From: Candidatus Kuenenbacteria bacterium
GTDB taxonomy: Bacteria; Patescibacteriota; Patescibacteriia; UBA2196; GWA2-42-15
Direction: 5' to 3'
DNA: 64,000 bases
Assembly: GCA_012797775.1 (NCBI GenBank)
Contig: JAAZOM010000029.1
Location: 3,722-67,721, forward strand
The notes under the pieces are model-generated. The model had not been told where the DNA came from, did not search any database, and worked only from the letters and a program-made list of their open reading frames with translations. This document shows positions 1 to 9,366 of the stretch, one piece after another; the first letter of the stretch is position 1, and every line of letters starts with the position of its first letter. The position numbers and the translations under genes are program-made.

Positions 1-230
1 AACTAGAATATAATAGTTTGATAAAAAATTTTGGTAGTGAGTTTGATATTTTGCTTCAGGTTGATTTAAAAAAGATTGCGGAGAAAAATAATTTTGATAT
101 TGCCGAGGGGATAAGAAGAGTAAGAGTGGGCGAACTTTTTATCAAGCCGGGCTATGATGGGCAGTATGGAGAAATAAAAATTTTTGGTTCGGAGAAAGAA
201 AGAAAAAGACAAATGAATTTATTTGAGTGA
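1..230 (+). CDS. C-terminal fragment of an endonuclease Q / PHP-family protein (5' end outside window)
   Basis: FGSEFDILL...IAEGIRRVR.GELFIKPGYDGQYG resembles the EndoQ-family C-terminus. Confidence 0.7.
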   Translation, partial: LEYNSLIKNFGSEFDILLQVDLKKIAEKNNFDIAEGIRRVRVGELFIKPGYDGQYGEIKIFGSEKERKRQMNLFE

Positions 231-240
231 GGTTTTTTAA

Positions 241-279
241 AAGCCAAAAATTCCCTAACATTAGGGAATTTTTGGTTTT
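241..279. terminator. Bidirectional intrinsic terminator
   Basis: CCAAAAATTCCCTAA-ca-TTAGGGAATTTTTGG hairpin between convergent ORFs. Confidence 0.7.
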
Positions 280-311
280 CTAGAGAACCTCTAGAGGTAT
301 CTAAAATTAGA

Positions 312-386
312 CTATTTCCTCTTTTTGGTCTTTTTTGCCTTTTTCACTTTCTTAACTGTTTTTTTCACTTTCTTTTTAGCTGCCAT
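312..386 (-). CDS. 24-aa lysine-rich peptide MAAKKKVKKTVKKVKKAKKTKKRK (not in ORF track)
   Basis: ATG..TAG open frame; strong SD AGGGGGTGAT just upstream; promoter upstream and terminator downstream. Confidence 0.75.
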   Translation of the reverse strand: MAAKKKVKKTVKKVKKAKKTKKRK

Positions 387-560
387 TTTTATCACCCCCT
401 TTCTGGTAAGATGCTTTCCTCATGTTGAGCGTTGAAAAATTCAGTAGAAAATTTTTCAACAAACGACGAGCACGGGAAAGAAAATTACTTTATAAAATTT
501 ATAGAAATATTTTTCGCAAATTTTTTTTAAAATATTTTTATAAATTTTTAAAGAAAAAAG

Positions 561-615
561 TTATCCACAAGTGAACTGATATATTAATTATAAAATTATT
601 TTAATAAAATGTAAA
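561..615 (-). promoter_or_regulatory. sigma70 promoter (TTTACA-17-TATAAT, 615-587) with a DnaA box (561-569) just downstream
   Basis: Consensus matches and 17-nt spacing read directly; TTATCCACA at 561-569. Confidence 0.55.
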
Positions 616-730
616 TAGTGAAAATAAAGTTGGAGAAAATAAAATAGAAAATTATAGAAATAAAATTTTTAAAATAAAAAACATTAATTGTTGTGTTAAT
701 GTTTTTTAATAAGATAAAATAATTTTGGCT

Positions 731-783
731 GACCGTGTGAGATACGAACTGTTTTAAAACCCTCCTGCTCGCAAAGCAGGCGC
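731..783 (-). pseudogene. Degenerate 3' fragment of tRNA-Ala
   Basis: gaccgtgtgagatacgaact[gttttaaaac]cctcctgctcgcaaagcaggcgc aligns to 868-915. Confidence 0.65.
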
Positions 784-865
784 CCCGTCTGCCATCGCCT
801 TGAACACTACCGGGCTCGAACCGTTTGAGAGTAATACCAGGCCCTCCGCCCTGCTTTCAAGAAAT

Positions 866-939
866 TGGACTGTGCGAGATTCGAACTCGCGACCTCCTGC
901 TTGCAAAGCAGGCGCTCTAACCAACTGAGCTAACAGCCC
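866..939 (-). tRNA. tRNA-Ala(TGC), CCA not encoded
   Basis: Cloverleaf GGGCTGT...ACAGTCCA; anticodon arm cctgc-tt-TGC-aa-gcagg. Confidence 0.95.
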
Positions 940-947
940 AAAATATT

Positions 948-1205
948 TTAGTATGGTTGAGTAAAATTGCCACCCATGCGCCCAAAGATTGAGACTAAAA
1001 GAGATTCACCAATACCGCTGATAGCTAGTAAGGCGATTATAATAATAGTAATGCCGATTAGCTTCCACATGAGGCGCGTGCCCCCATAGGTTCCAAGATA
1101 GTGATCAGCCCACTCTGTGTGCCCAAAGTTGTCAACAATGCTATTGCTATATTTGACAATAAAAAATCCGGCGACGATGGCGAGGAAGCTAAAAAAATAC
1201 TTCAT
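948..1205 (-). CDS. Small membrane protein (85 aa)
   Basis: Two hydrophobic segments; lies between tRNAs on the same strand. Confidence 0.7.
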   Translation of the reverse strand: MKYFFSFLAIVAGFFIVKYSNSIVDNFGHTEWADHYLGTYGGTRLMWKLIGITIIIIALLAISGIGESLLVSIFGRMGGNFTQPY

Positions 1206-1229
1206 ACTTTTGTTTTTTTAAAATTATAC

Positions 1230-1306
1230 TGGTGGACGATGTAGGGTTCGAACCTACGACCTCCTCGGTGTAAACGAGGCGCTCTAACCAACTGAGCTAA
1301 TCGTCC
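1230..1306 (-). tRNA. tRNA-Val(TAC)
   Basis: Cloverleaf; anticodon arm cctcg-tt-TAC-ac-cgagg; CCA encoded. Confidence 0.95.
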
Positions 1307-1310
1307 TTGT

Positions 1311-1479
1311 TGGTACCGCTACGGGGGATCGGGTCCGGGGCAGCGGCAAATCCTGCGCCAGCTCTGATTTGCCGTCGTCTCGCTCGCCAATTTCGGCGGG
1401 CTCACTTCTGCCCTTCGATTCCCTGAGAATCAAAAATGTTTTGCCTTAAATCAGAATAATCAAAATTTAAAATATTCGG
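1311..1479. repeat. 21-bp duplicate of the tRNA-Glu 3' end (1311-1331 = 1480-1500) plus a structured GC-rich insert
   Basis: Exact repeat tggtaccgctacgggggatcg; nested stems gggcag/ctgccc, cggcaaatc/gatttgccg, gctcgcc/ggcgggc. Confidence 0.8.
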
Positions 1480-1554
1480 TGGTACCGCTACGGGGGATCG
1501 AACCCCGATTTTCAGGATGAAAACCTGATGTCCTAACCATTAGACGATAGCGGC
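1480..1554 (-). tRNA. tRNA-Glu(TTC)
   Basis: Cloverleaf; tcagg-tt-TTC-at-cctga; CCA encoded. Confidence 0.95.
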
Positions 1555-1690
1555 GCAAAAAGGTAAAGGTAGATTGTATTTTTAAAAAATAACCCTTTTT
1601 TGGGGTGAATACAAAAATATGGTATCATTATCTGGACAATTTGGCAAGGTTGAGGTAATAATATCTTTGTTATTATAAAGGATAATAAAT

Positions 1691-2806
1691 ATGTTGATTT
1701 TGGGTATTGAAACATCTTGTGACGAAACAGCAGCAGCCGTTTTGGAAATAAAGAACGGCAGTTTTAGAATTTTGTCCAATTTGGTCTCTTCGTCGGTAGA
1801 ATTACAGGCACGGTATGGCGGTATTGTGCCAGAAGTGGCGGCCAGAAAACAGGTAGAATTTGTAATGCCGGTTTTAGAGCAGGTTAAAAAACTAGGAATT
1901 CCAAAAAATATTGATTATATTGCAGTAACAAGTGGTCCGGGGTTGATTACTTCACTTCGAGTGGGGGTGGAGGCGGCTAGAACATTGAGTTATATTTGGA
2001 AAAAACCCTTAATGCAGGTTAATCATTTGGAAGGACACATTTATTCAGCTTTGCTGAATAAAATTCAAAATTCAAAATTCAAAGTCCCTGCCTCGCCGGC
2101 AGGCGGGCAAAATAAACCACAAATCCAAAATAAAAATTTTCAAAGGTTGCCAAAGCTGGTATTCCCAGCGTTGGCGTTGGTGGTGTCTGGCGGGCACACG
2201 CAGTTGGTTTTGATGAGGAATTATTTAGATTACAAAATTATTGGGGAGACTCTGGACGATGCGGTGGGAGAGGCTTTTGATAAAGTGGCAAAAATTTTGG
2301 ATTTAGGTTATCCTGGCGGGCCGGTTATTGCAAAAATGGCCGAAGGGGGGGATAAAAGTAGTTTTGAATTGCCAAGGCCAATGATGAATAGCGGGGATTA
2401 TAATTTTTCTTTTGCAGGATTAAAGACGGCGGTTTTATATAAAACTTTAAATCATAAAAATGTTAAATCATTAAAACAAAAAAGAGATTTGTGTGCTAGT
2501 TTTCAGGAGGCCTGTGTAGATGTTCTCATCAATAAAACAATCAGGGCGGCAAAAGAATATAAAGTAAAGACAATATTGGTGGGTGGTGGTGTGGCGGCGA
2601 ATAAAGAATTAAGAGAAAGATTGGAGAGAGAGGCTGGCGAATTGAAGGGAGTAAAATTATTGATACCAGAAATAAAGTATACTGGTGATAATGCGGCGAT
2701 GATCGCTTTGGTAGGGTATTTTAGGACAATAAGAGCATTAAAGCGCAAAAGTATTAAAAAGGTAGACTGGGGGAAGGCAAAAGTGGATCCGAATATGGAG
2801 CTATAA
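1691..2806 (+). CDS. tsaD: tRNA threonylcarbamoyltransferase TsaD, with repeat-derived insert
   Basis: ILGIETSCDET, NHLEGH, VSGGHT, GEAFDK, DNAAMI motifs. Confidence 0.97.
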   Translation: MLILGIETSCDETAAAVLEIKNGSFRILSNLVSSSVELQARYGGIVPEVAARKQVEFVMPVLEQVKKLGIPKNIDYIAVTSGPGLITSLRVGVEAARTLSYIWKKPLMQVNHLEGHIYSALLNKIQNSKFKVPASPAGGQNKPQIQNKNFQRLPKLVFPALALVVSGGHTQLVLMRNYLDYKIIGETLDDAVGEAFDKVAKILDLGYPGGPVIAKMAEGGDKSSFELPRPMMNSGDYNFSFAGLKTAVLYKTLNHKNVKSLKQKRDLCASFQEACVDVLINKTIRAAKEYKVKTILVGGGVAANKELRERLEREAGELKGVKLLIPEIKYTGDNAAMIALVGYFRTIRALKRKSIKKVDWGKAKVDPNMEL

Positions 2807-2814
2807 ATAAGAAG

Positions 2815-2850
2815 AATAATACCGTCGGTTATGTAACCGACGGTATTATT
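2815..2850. terminator. Bidirectional terminator
   Basis: aataataccgtcggtta-tg-taaccgacggtattatt. Confidence 0.75.
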
Positions 2851-2861
2851 TTTTATAAAAG

Positions 2862-3425
2862 TTATATTTTATCGCGGAGTTTGAGATCGTAGATGATCGA
2901 TTCTATTTTCTTGAGATTGGTGCCGATGATTTCTAGTTTGGTCCGAGTGGAATTATTTCTAGTGATACTCAAAGGAATAATCAAATCATAGATTTTGGAG
3001 ACATAGTCGTGAATGGCTTTAACCTGTTTTTCGTTTTGATGGGCTAGCCGGACGAGTTCACCGGTCAGATCGGAGAGACCGCCGAGATAAGTGTCGGGCG
3101 TGACCTTGAGCGAGGTGGCAGTGGGCAGGGGTTTATTTTTTATATAATTGTAAAGTAGGACAGCCTCGACGTATTCTTCAAAACCGACATTGATGGCGGG
3201 GATGGCATAAAGATATGGATGGCGACCTAACTTTTTTTGAAGGACATCAAAGATTTTGTGCATTTCCGGTAAGTTTTTGACCACGGCCTCGGAATTATTT
3301 TTAATCAGAAAACTGATAGTTGATTTGGATAAAATTCGTAGCTTGTCGGAGAGATTCATGCAAGCGCTGCGTTCGCGGTTGTGCTCTTCGTAGAGCCTGT
3401 AGGGGATCTGGGGAAGTTTGGGCAT
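2862..3425 (-). CDS. Translin/Trax (C3PO)-family protein
   Basis: EEYVEA and YLGGLSDLTGELVR match the translin/Trax acidic motifs; 187 aa, helical pattern. Confidence 0.85.
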   Translation of the reverse strand: MPKLPQIPYRLYEEHNRERSACMNLSDKLRILSKSTISFLIKNNSEAVVKNLPEMHKIFDVLQKKLGRHPYLYAIPAINVGFEEYVEAVLLYNYIKNKPLPTATSLKVTPDTYLGGLSDLTGELVRLAHQNEKQVKAIHDYVSKIYDLIIPLSITRNNSTRTKLEIIGTNLKKIESIIYDLKLRDKI

Positions 3426-3456
3426 AAAATAAATTAAAAAATAAAAGCAAGGATCC

Positions 3457-3533
3457 TGGTGGGCATGCTGGGATTTGAACCCAGGACCCCCACTTTATAA
3501 GAGTGGTGCTCTAACCAACTGAGCTACATGCCC
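3457..3533 (-). tRNA. tRNA-Ile(TAT)
   Basis: Cloverleaf; ccact-ct-TAT-aa-agtgg; discriminator A, CCA encoded. Confidence 0.92.
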
Positions 3534-3597
3534 ATATAAATTAACCTAAAATTCAAAGCCTAAAGCTCAAAAGCAAAATAATAAAAAATATTTATTA

Positions 3598-3674
3598 TGG
3601 TGGGTCCGAGAGGAGTTGAACCTCTGACCTCTTGCGTGTCATGCAAGCGCTCTAACCAACTGAGCTACGAACCC
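3598..3674 (-). tRNA. tRNA-Val(GAC)
   Basis: Cloverleaf; cttgc-at-GAC-ac-gcaag; CCA encoded. Confidence 0.95.
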
Positions 3675-3743
3675 AATTTATTTTATTGACAATTAAAACT
3701 AGAACTATGATTATTTAAATTATAGAGTATTATGGTTTTATTT

Positions 3744-4883
3744 TCAATGGATGGGCCGGATAAATTCCCTTAGTTGATTTATAACTGCTTGTTCCGCCAA
3801 AATCAGTCGGGTTTCTTTTAGTTGAAAACAGGCCCGATTTTTTGTACCAGTGCCCTGCCATGGACTGGCAAGATCAAGGGCGTTGTAGTTGGGTGAGGTA
3901 TAGATCTCTCCATTTATATTGCCAGTATTTGTTTCAAATAAAAGAACGGTAATTTTGATATGCGGGGAACGAGAGAGGAGTTCGTTTACTACGCCCTCTA
4001 GATCTTCAATAGAGCCACCGGATTTTTGAAAGTCAGTTTGGCTGACAAGAGACCAGGCCAGATTATAGTGGGTGTCTTGTTTGAGACGAGCCAAGATGCG
4101 GCCCCAGAGATTGAGGGTGGTGATGCTTTTGTTTTTATTGAGATTATTGATAATGTAGCTTTGATCTGCCCCGAGCTTCATAAGGTAAGAGGCATTGTGC
4201 AAACACTCCGGGGTAATAGCAGGGGTGCGGAAGTTTTCTGTTTTTAAAATAATACCGGAGAGTAGATTGGTAGCAATTTCTGAATTTATGTTTTCTGGTT
4301 GAGTGCTGTTTAAAAGATTGAAAAGCAACTCTGAGCAAGAAGAGGTGTTTAGGCTGATGTGGTTTATCTGCCCAAACCTTTCATTGGCGGGGTGATTGTC
4401 AATATTGATAATAGTAGTTTGGAAAAAAAATTCTGGCTCTTTAGAATAAAGACGCCCAAGAGATTCAAGGTCTTGGCAGCCGGCGGTAATAATTAAGTCA
4501 TATTTATAATTACTGGGTTCTATCGTAATAGATTCTTTTTTAATTTCACCAGACAGGGGGGTAATATAAATTTTTAATTGATTGTTTTTGAGGTTGTAAT
4601 TAAAATCTTTGACGGGATTTTTTTCGACATCTAGAGTTATGATTAGTTTTTTTAGTGGTTCATTGATTGTTTTAATGTTTTCTGAACCAAAGAGAAAAGA
4701 AAATTTATTTTTTAATTTTTCACTCACGACAATATCTGCTGGCTTGTTTATTTTTTGGAGAAACAATTTGAGCGCCAAGATAGAGGCGATGCCGTCGCCC
4801 GTATCGTTTTCGTTAGTAGTGAGTAGAATATGGTGTGAATTTTTGATTAATTCAGAAATTTGTTGGTTGAGGGTGAGAGACAT
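3744..4883 (-). CDS. DHH-family phosphoesterase-like protein with degenerate motifs
   Basis: DGIASILAL, INIDNH, SSCSE. Confidence 0.85.
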   Translation of the reverse strand: MSLTLNQQISELIKNSHHILLTTNENDTGDGIASILALKLFLQKINKPADIVVSEKLKNKFSFLFGSENIKTINEPLKKLIITLDVEKNPVKDFNYNLKNNQLKIYITPLSGEIKKESITIEPSNYKYDLIITAGCQDLESLGRLYSKEPEFFFQTTIINIDNHPANERFGQINHISLNTSSCSELLFNLLNSTQPENINSEIATNLLSGIILKTENFRTPAITPECLHNASYLMKLGADQSYIINNLNKNKSITTLNLWGRILARLKQDTHYNLAWSLVSQTDFQKSGGSIEDLEGVVNELLSRSPHIKITVLLFETNTGNINGEIYTSPNYNALDLASPWQGTGTKNRACFQLKETRLILAEQAVINQLREFIRPIH

Positions 4884-5034
4884 TGGAGGAGCAATAAATT
4901 AAAAAATATTAAGTTAATATATAGGAGCACCCGGGATGTGTCAAGGGCGTAAATTGGCAAAAGAGCCTCAAATAAGGAGAAAAGGCTTCTTTTTTATTTG
5001 ACTTTGCTTATTTTTTAACGTAAGATTGAATAAT

Positions 5035-7035
5035 ATGAATGTGACAGAATTGGCGAGAAAATTAAAGATTACACCAAACAAGTTGAAGGAAATAATGCCG
5101 CAACTCGGTTTTGATATTGGGGCGAGGGCGATAAAGGTGGATCCCAAGATGGCGCAGGCAATAATAGAAAAAATGTCTGATCCAGCGGTGAGAGAGAAAT
5201 ATTTGAATGAGGGTGAGCCTATGACAAAGAGAGAGACAGCCCAAGAAGAAAAAAAACAAGAAGGGGAAGTCGGTATTATAAAAGTACCAGAGAAAATAGT
5301 GGTAAAAGAGCTAGCGAGAAGAATGAACATACCGGTGGCTAATCTAATTTTAGAATTGATGAAAAATGGAGTGATGGCACCACTGAATCAATATATTGAT
5401 TTTGAGACAGCGTCTATCATCGCTGAAGATATGGGTTTTGGGGTAGAAAAATCAGAGGAGAGTGATCTGGAAATAGATAATGAAGCGGAACAGAGGAAAC
5501 TTTTGGCGATAGATCAGGACAGTGCTAGCCCAAGGCCGCCGATAGTAGTGGTGATGGGCCATGTGGATCACGGTAAAACAAAATTGTTGGATGCTATTAG
5601 AAATACAAATATAATGGAAGGGGAGGCCGGTGGTATTACTCAACATATTGGAGCTTATCAGGTGGAAAGAGGGGGAAGACTCCTGACCTTTATTGACACT
5701 CCAGGACACGAGGCTTTTTCGGCAATGCGTTCAAGGGGGGCCAAGGTGGCTGATATTGCGATACTTCTAGTGGCGGCTGATGATGGGGTCCAGCCGCAAA
5801 CAATAGAGGCCTTGGCGCACATTAGAAAAGCCGAGCTACCATTTATTGTAGCAATAAACAAAATAGATAAACCCGGAGCCAACATAGAAAAAGTGAAGGG
5901 CGATTTGGCAAATATTGGTCTTGCACCAGAAGACTGGGGCGGAAAAACTATTTGCGTAGAAATATCGGCCAAGGAAAATATAAATATTTCTTTACTTTTA
6001 GAAAATTTATTTTTGGTGGCTGATTTAAATAAAGAAAAGATTGTAGCCAATATTTCCGTGGCGGCCGCCGGGACGATTATTGAATCACACATAGATAAGG
6101 GTGAGGGTCCAGTAGCGACTGTCTTGATCCAAAACGGGACGCTGATGGGGGGTGATTTGGTAAAGATCGGTAATGTGGTTGGCAAGATCAGAATAATGAA
6201 AAATTGGAAGGGAGAGCAAATAGAAAAAGCGACACCCTCAATGCCAGTAAGGATTTTGGGCTTAAAGGCGATACCCAGAGTGGGCGATATTTTGCAAGTA
6301 GTAGAGAATCAAAAAGAGTTGAAAAAATTGTCAAAGATAAAAATTAGCGAGCCGCAGAGGGTGGTCAGTAATACTTTTAACAGTCGGGATAAAAACAATG
6401 AGGAAGAAAATGAAAAGCCCAAAGTAAATATTATTCTCAAGTCAGATGTGTTGGGTTCGGTGGAGGCGATAATAGAGTCTTTACTAAAAATAGAAAAAGG
6501 GGGAGTCTCGGTCGCCGTGATAAAACAGGGCCTTGGTAATATAACCGAAAAGGATATAGAGCAGGCGGCGGCTCTTGGCGCGGAGGTGCTTGGGTTTAAT
6601 GTAAAAATTACACCGGAGGCTAAAAAGATGTCTACAGACAAAGGGGTTGAAGCGGTCGTGTCTGGGGTTATTTATGATCTACTTGATTTTGTAGAAAAAA
6701 AAGTAATTGACTTGGCCGGAGTAGAAATAATAGAAAAGGTGGTTGGTCGCTTGAAGGTAGTGGCAATATTTAGAACAGAAAAGAGAGAACAGATTATCGG
6801 AGGAAAAGTGGAGAGTGGACGGGCGGTTCCAGAGATACAAGCGAGGGTTTTCCGGAAAAATCAATTGGTAGGCGAAATTAAAATAAAAGAGGTTGAGGCC
6901 GGTCGGACGAAAGTAAAAGAGGTTTTGGAGGGAGAGGAATGCGGCATGAGAATAGAATCAAAGATAGAAATAGAAAAGAATGATGTTCTGGAATTATTTA
7001 CAAGAGAAGAGAAAAAGAGATATGGACAGTCATAA
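5035..7035 (+). CDS. infB: Translation initiation factor IF-2
   Basis: GHVDHGKT, DTPGHEAF, NKID; start taken as ATG 5035 after TTGACT-17-TAAGAT. Confidence 0.98.
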   Translation: MNVTELARKLKITPNKLKEIMPQLGFDIGARAIKVDPKMAQAIIEKMSDPAVREKYLNEGEPMTKRETAQEEKKQEGEVGIIKVPEKIVVKELARRMNIPVANLILELMKNGVMAPLNQYIDFETASIIAEDMGFGVEKSEESDLEIDNEAEQRKLLAIDQDSASPRPPIVVVMGHVDHGKTKLLDAIRNTNIMEGEAGGITQHIGAYQVERGGRLLTFIDTPGHEAFSAMRSRGAKVADIAILLVAADDGVQPQTIEALAHIRKAELPFIVAINKIDKPGANIEKVKGDLANIGLAPEDWGGKTICVEISAKENINISLLLENLFLVADLNKEKIVANISVAAAGTIIESHIDKGEGPVATVLIQNGTLMGGDLVKIGNVVGKIRIMKNWKGEQIEKATPSMPVRILGLKAIPRVGDILQVVENQKELKKLSKIKISEPQRVVSNTFNSRDKNNEEENEKPKVNIILKSDVLGSVEAIIESLLKIEKGGVSVAVIKQGLGNITEKDIEQAAALGAEVLGFNVKITPEAKKMSTDKGVEAVVSGVIYDLLDFVEKKVIDLAGVEIIEKVVGRLKVVAIFRTEKREQIIGGKVESGRAVPEIQARVFRKNQLVGEIKIKEVEAGRTKVKEVLEGEECGMRIESKIEIEKNDVLELFTREEKKRYGQS

Positions 7036-7381
7036 GGGAGAAAGAATGAACAATTTGATAAAAGAGGGCCTGGGGGAGATACTGCAGAATGAGGTGGAAA
7101 TTGGGGAGGGAATTTTTGTTAGTATAGGTTCGGCAGAGGTGACGCCGGATTTGTCGCTGGCCAAGATATGGATAAACGTTTGGCCTTTAGAAAAATCCAA
7201 TGAGGTATTAGAAATTTTAAAAAAGAACAATTTTAGATTGCGCCAAGAGCTGGCTGGTAAGATGGATTTGCGTCGGGTGCCAAGATTGTTTTTTCAGATA
7301 GATACGGAAGAAATAGAAGATGAGAAGCAGAGAAGGGTGGTGGATGATATTCTGGATAAAATAAGAAAAGAAGAAGGTTGA
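7022..7381 (+). CDS. rbfA: Ribosome-binding factor A
   Basis: VTPDLSLAKI, LRRVPRLFF; follows infB. Confidence 0.92.
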   Translation: MDSHKGERMNNLIKEGLGEILQNEVEIGEGIFVSIGSAEVTPDLSLAKIWINVWPLEKSNEVLEILKKNNFRLRQELAGKMDLRRVPRLFFQIDTEEIEDEKQRRVVDDILDKIRKEEG

Positions 7382-7414
7382 CAGCTCTTTATCTGGCTGG
7401 TAGACTGGGATGAT

Positions 7415-8398
7415 ATGTTTAAAATAAATGAGGATAATAAAATAATTAGCCAGGCCACAATTTTGGCAGAAAAGATAGAGGGGGCTACGAATATTTTGAT
7501 TTTTACCCATAAGGATCCAGACACTGATGCGATTGGCTCCCTTATGGTGATGTCTCGTTTTTTGTCCAAGAGGGGGAAAAATCACCAGATTTTTTTATCA
7601 ATGCCTTTATTAGAAAGGTTTTTTTATTTAAAAGAGAGTGTCAGGATAATCGATGATAAGACAGAAATAAAAAGAGAAAATTTTGATCTGATTATTGGAT
7701 TGGATTGCTCAAATTTGGATTGGAGCGGCATTGAGGAAGTATTGGTCAGAAAGAAAGCAGAGGGTGTTTTTTTTGTAAATATAGATCATCATCCAAATAG
7801 TAATTTTGCTGATTTAAATATAGTAGACAAGGGAAAGGCATCAACTACTTTATTGCTTTATAATTTATTTGTTTTGTGGAAAGTAGAAATTGATGAAAGG
7901 ACGGCAACTCAAATTTTAGCTGGCTTAATAGCTGATACGAATTGTTTCACCAATACGGCTACTGGACCAGAGGCTTATTTCGCGGCGGCAGAGCTGTTGC
8001 GTCTGGGTGCACGCTATACTTATGTGGTGTCACAATTTCAAAGAAATGATCAGAGTAATTGGTTTGCCACTTGGTCAAAGATATTATCAAGATTGACAAA
8101 AAATGATAAAATTAATTTGGCTTATTCGGTGGTGTTACCAGAGGACGTTGAGGGCGGGGGCTCTGGGATATTGGATGGCGCAACCAATTTTTTGAGTAAT
8201 TTGTCGGGCATTAGGATGGCGATGATAATTAAGGAAAGCGCCAGTGGGGAAATAAAGGTAAGCATGAGGTCGCTTGATGGCAAGATAAATGTAGCAAAAT
8301 TGGCTCACGTGTTTGGCGGAGGGGGGCACGAGAAGGCGGCTGGGTTTTCGCTTCGGGGTAGAATAGAAAGGGAAAATAGATATTGGCAGATAGTATAA
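7415..8398 (+). CDS. nrnA: DHH/DHHA1 oligoribonuclease (NrnA-like)
   Basis: HKDPDTDA, NIDHH, GGGHEKAAG. Confidence 0.88.
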   Translation: MFKINEDNKIISQATILAEKIEGATNILIFTHKDPDTDAIGSLMVMSRFLSKRGKNHQIFLSMPLLERFFYLKESVRIIDDKTEIKRENFDLIIGLDCSNLDWSGIEEVLVRKKAEGVFFVNIDHHPNSNFADLNIVDKGKASTTLLLYNLFVLWKVEIDERTATQILAGLIADTNCFTNTATGPEAYFAAAELLRLGARYTYVVSQFQRNDQSNWFATWSKILSRLTKNDKINLAYSVVLPEDVEGGGSGILDGATNFLSNLSGIRMAMIIKESASGEIKVSMRSLDGKINVAKLAHVFGGGGHEKAAGFSLRGRIERENRYWQIV

Positions 8399-8428
8399 AG
8401 TAATTTTAAATTTTAAAATACTCAAATT

Positions 8429-9007
8429 ATGTTTTTGATACCAACAGTGATAGAAAAATCTCAAATGGGGGAAAGGGCTTATGATATCTATTCTCGTCTT
8501 TTGAAAGATAGGATAATTTTTTTGGGTGATATGATCAGCGATCCTTTGGCCAACACAGTCATCGCCCAGATGCTCCTTTTGGATTCGCAGAATAAGGAAA
8601 AAGACATAAAACTTTATATAAATTCCCCCGGGGGGTCGGTGACGGCAGGTTTGGCCATTTATGATACGATGCAATATATCAAATCTCCAGTGCAGACGAT
8701 CTGTATTGGCACAGCCGCCAGCATGGCAGCAGTGCTTTTGGCGGCAGGTGAAAAGGGGAAGAGGCTGTCTTTGCCCAACGCCGAGATAATGTTGCACCAG
8801 GTGATGGGCGGGGCAGAGGGGCAGGCGAGCGACGTAAAGATAAGGGCGGAACACATTTTAAAGATAAAAGACAAATTAAACAAATTAATAGCCAAGCATA
8901 CTGGGCAAGAGCTCAAAAAGATAGAAAGAGATACAGACAGGGATTATTTTATGAGTGCAGAAGAGGCTAAAGACTATGGAATTATAGATAAAATTATAAG
9001 CAACTGA
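8429..9007 (+). CDS. clpP: Clp protease proteolytic subunit
   Basis: [28 protein letters not shown]. Confidence 0.98.
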   Translation: MFLIPTVIEKSQMGERAYDIYSRLLKDRIIFLGDMISDPLANTVIAQMLLLDSQNKEKDIKLYINSPGGSVTAGLAIYDTMQYIKSPVQTICIGTAASMAAVLLAAGEKGKRLSLPNAEIMLHQVMGGAEGQASDVKIRAEHILKIKDKLNKLIAKHTGQELKKIERDTDRDYFMSAEEAKDYGIIDKIISN

Positions 9008-9066
9008 TGGTCTTGCCAGTAGGTAAAAAAAATAGTAAGATAAGAATAAATTAATATAATAAAAAT

Positions 9067-9291
9067 ATGTCGACACCCACACAGAAACATACCAAGTCAA
9101 GAAAAAATATAAGAAGAGGAGCAATTCGCCTGAAAAAGATATCTTTGGCCAATTGTCCAAAATGTAAAAAACCCGTAAAACCACATACTGCCTGTGCTTT
9201 TTGTGGTAGTTATAAAGGTAAGGTGGTAAAAAAGGTGAGAGTGCCAAAATCCTTGCGTAAGTCCAAAAAACAGGAGAAGTCCAAAAAGTAA
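9067..9291 (+). CDS. rpmF: 50S ribosomal protein L32
   Basis: CPKC...PHTACAFCGSYKG zinc ribbon. Confidence 0.95.
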   Translation: MSTPTQKHTKSRKNIRRGAIRLKKISLANCPKCKKPVKPHTACAFCGSYKGKVVKKVRVPKSLRKSKKQEKSKK

Positions 9292-9345
9292 CTAGTAACT
9301 AGCCCGCCTCGACTCGCATCGATGCGAGGCAGGTAACTGGTAATT
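9288..9345. repeat. GTAACTA 7-mer repeats with an inserted GC-rich palindrome
   Basis: gtaactagtaactag-cccgcctcgactcgcatcgatgcgaggcag-gtaactggtaatt. Confidence 0.75.
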
Positions 9346-9366
9346 TAAAATATTAAAAATAAAAAT

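Noticed and set aside
480-720. Possible oriC (AT-rich, DnaA box)
   Set aside because: Only one clear box, no dnaA/dnaN nearby, and similar boxes occur at 18740, 18860 and 48784; better explained as a promoter region
1311-1554. Intact prophage or island at tRNA-Glu
   Set aside because: Only 148 bp lie between the repeats and there is no integrase
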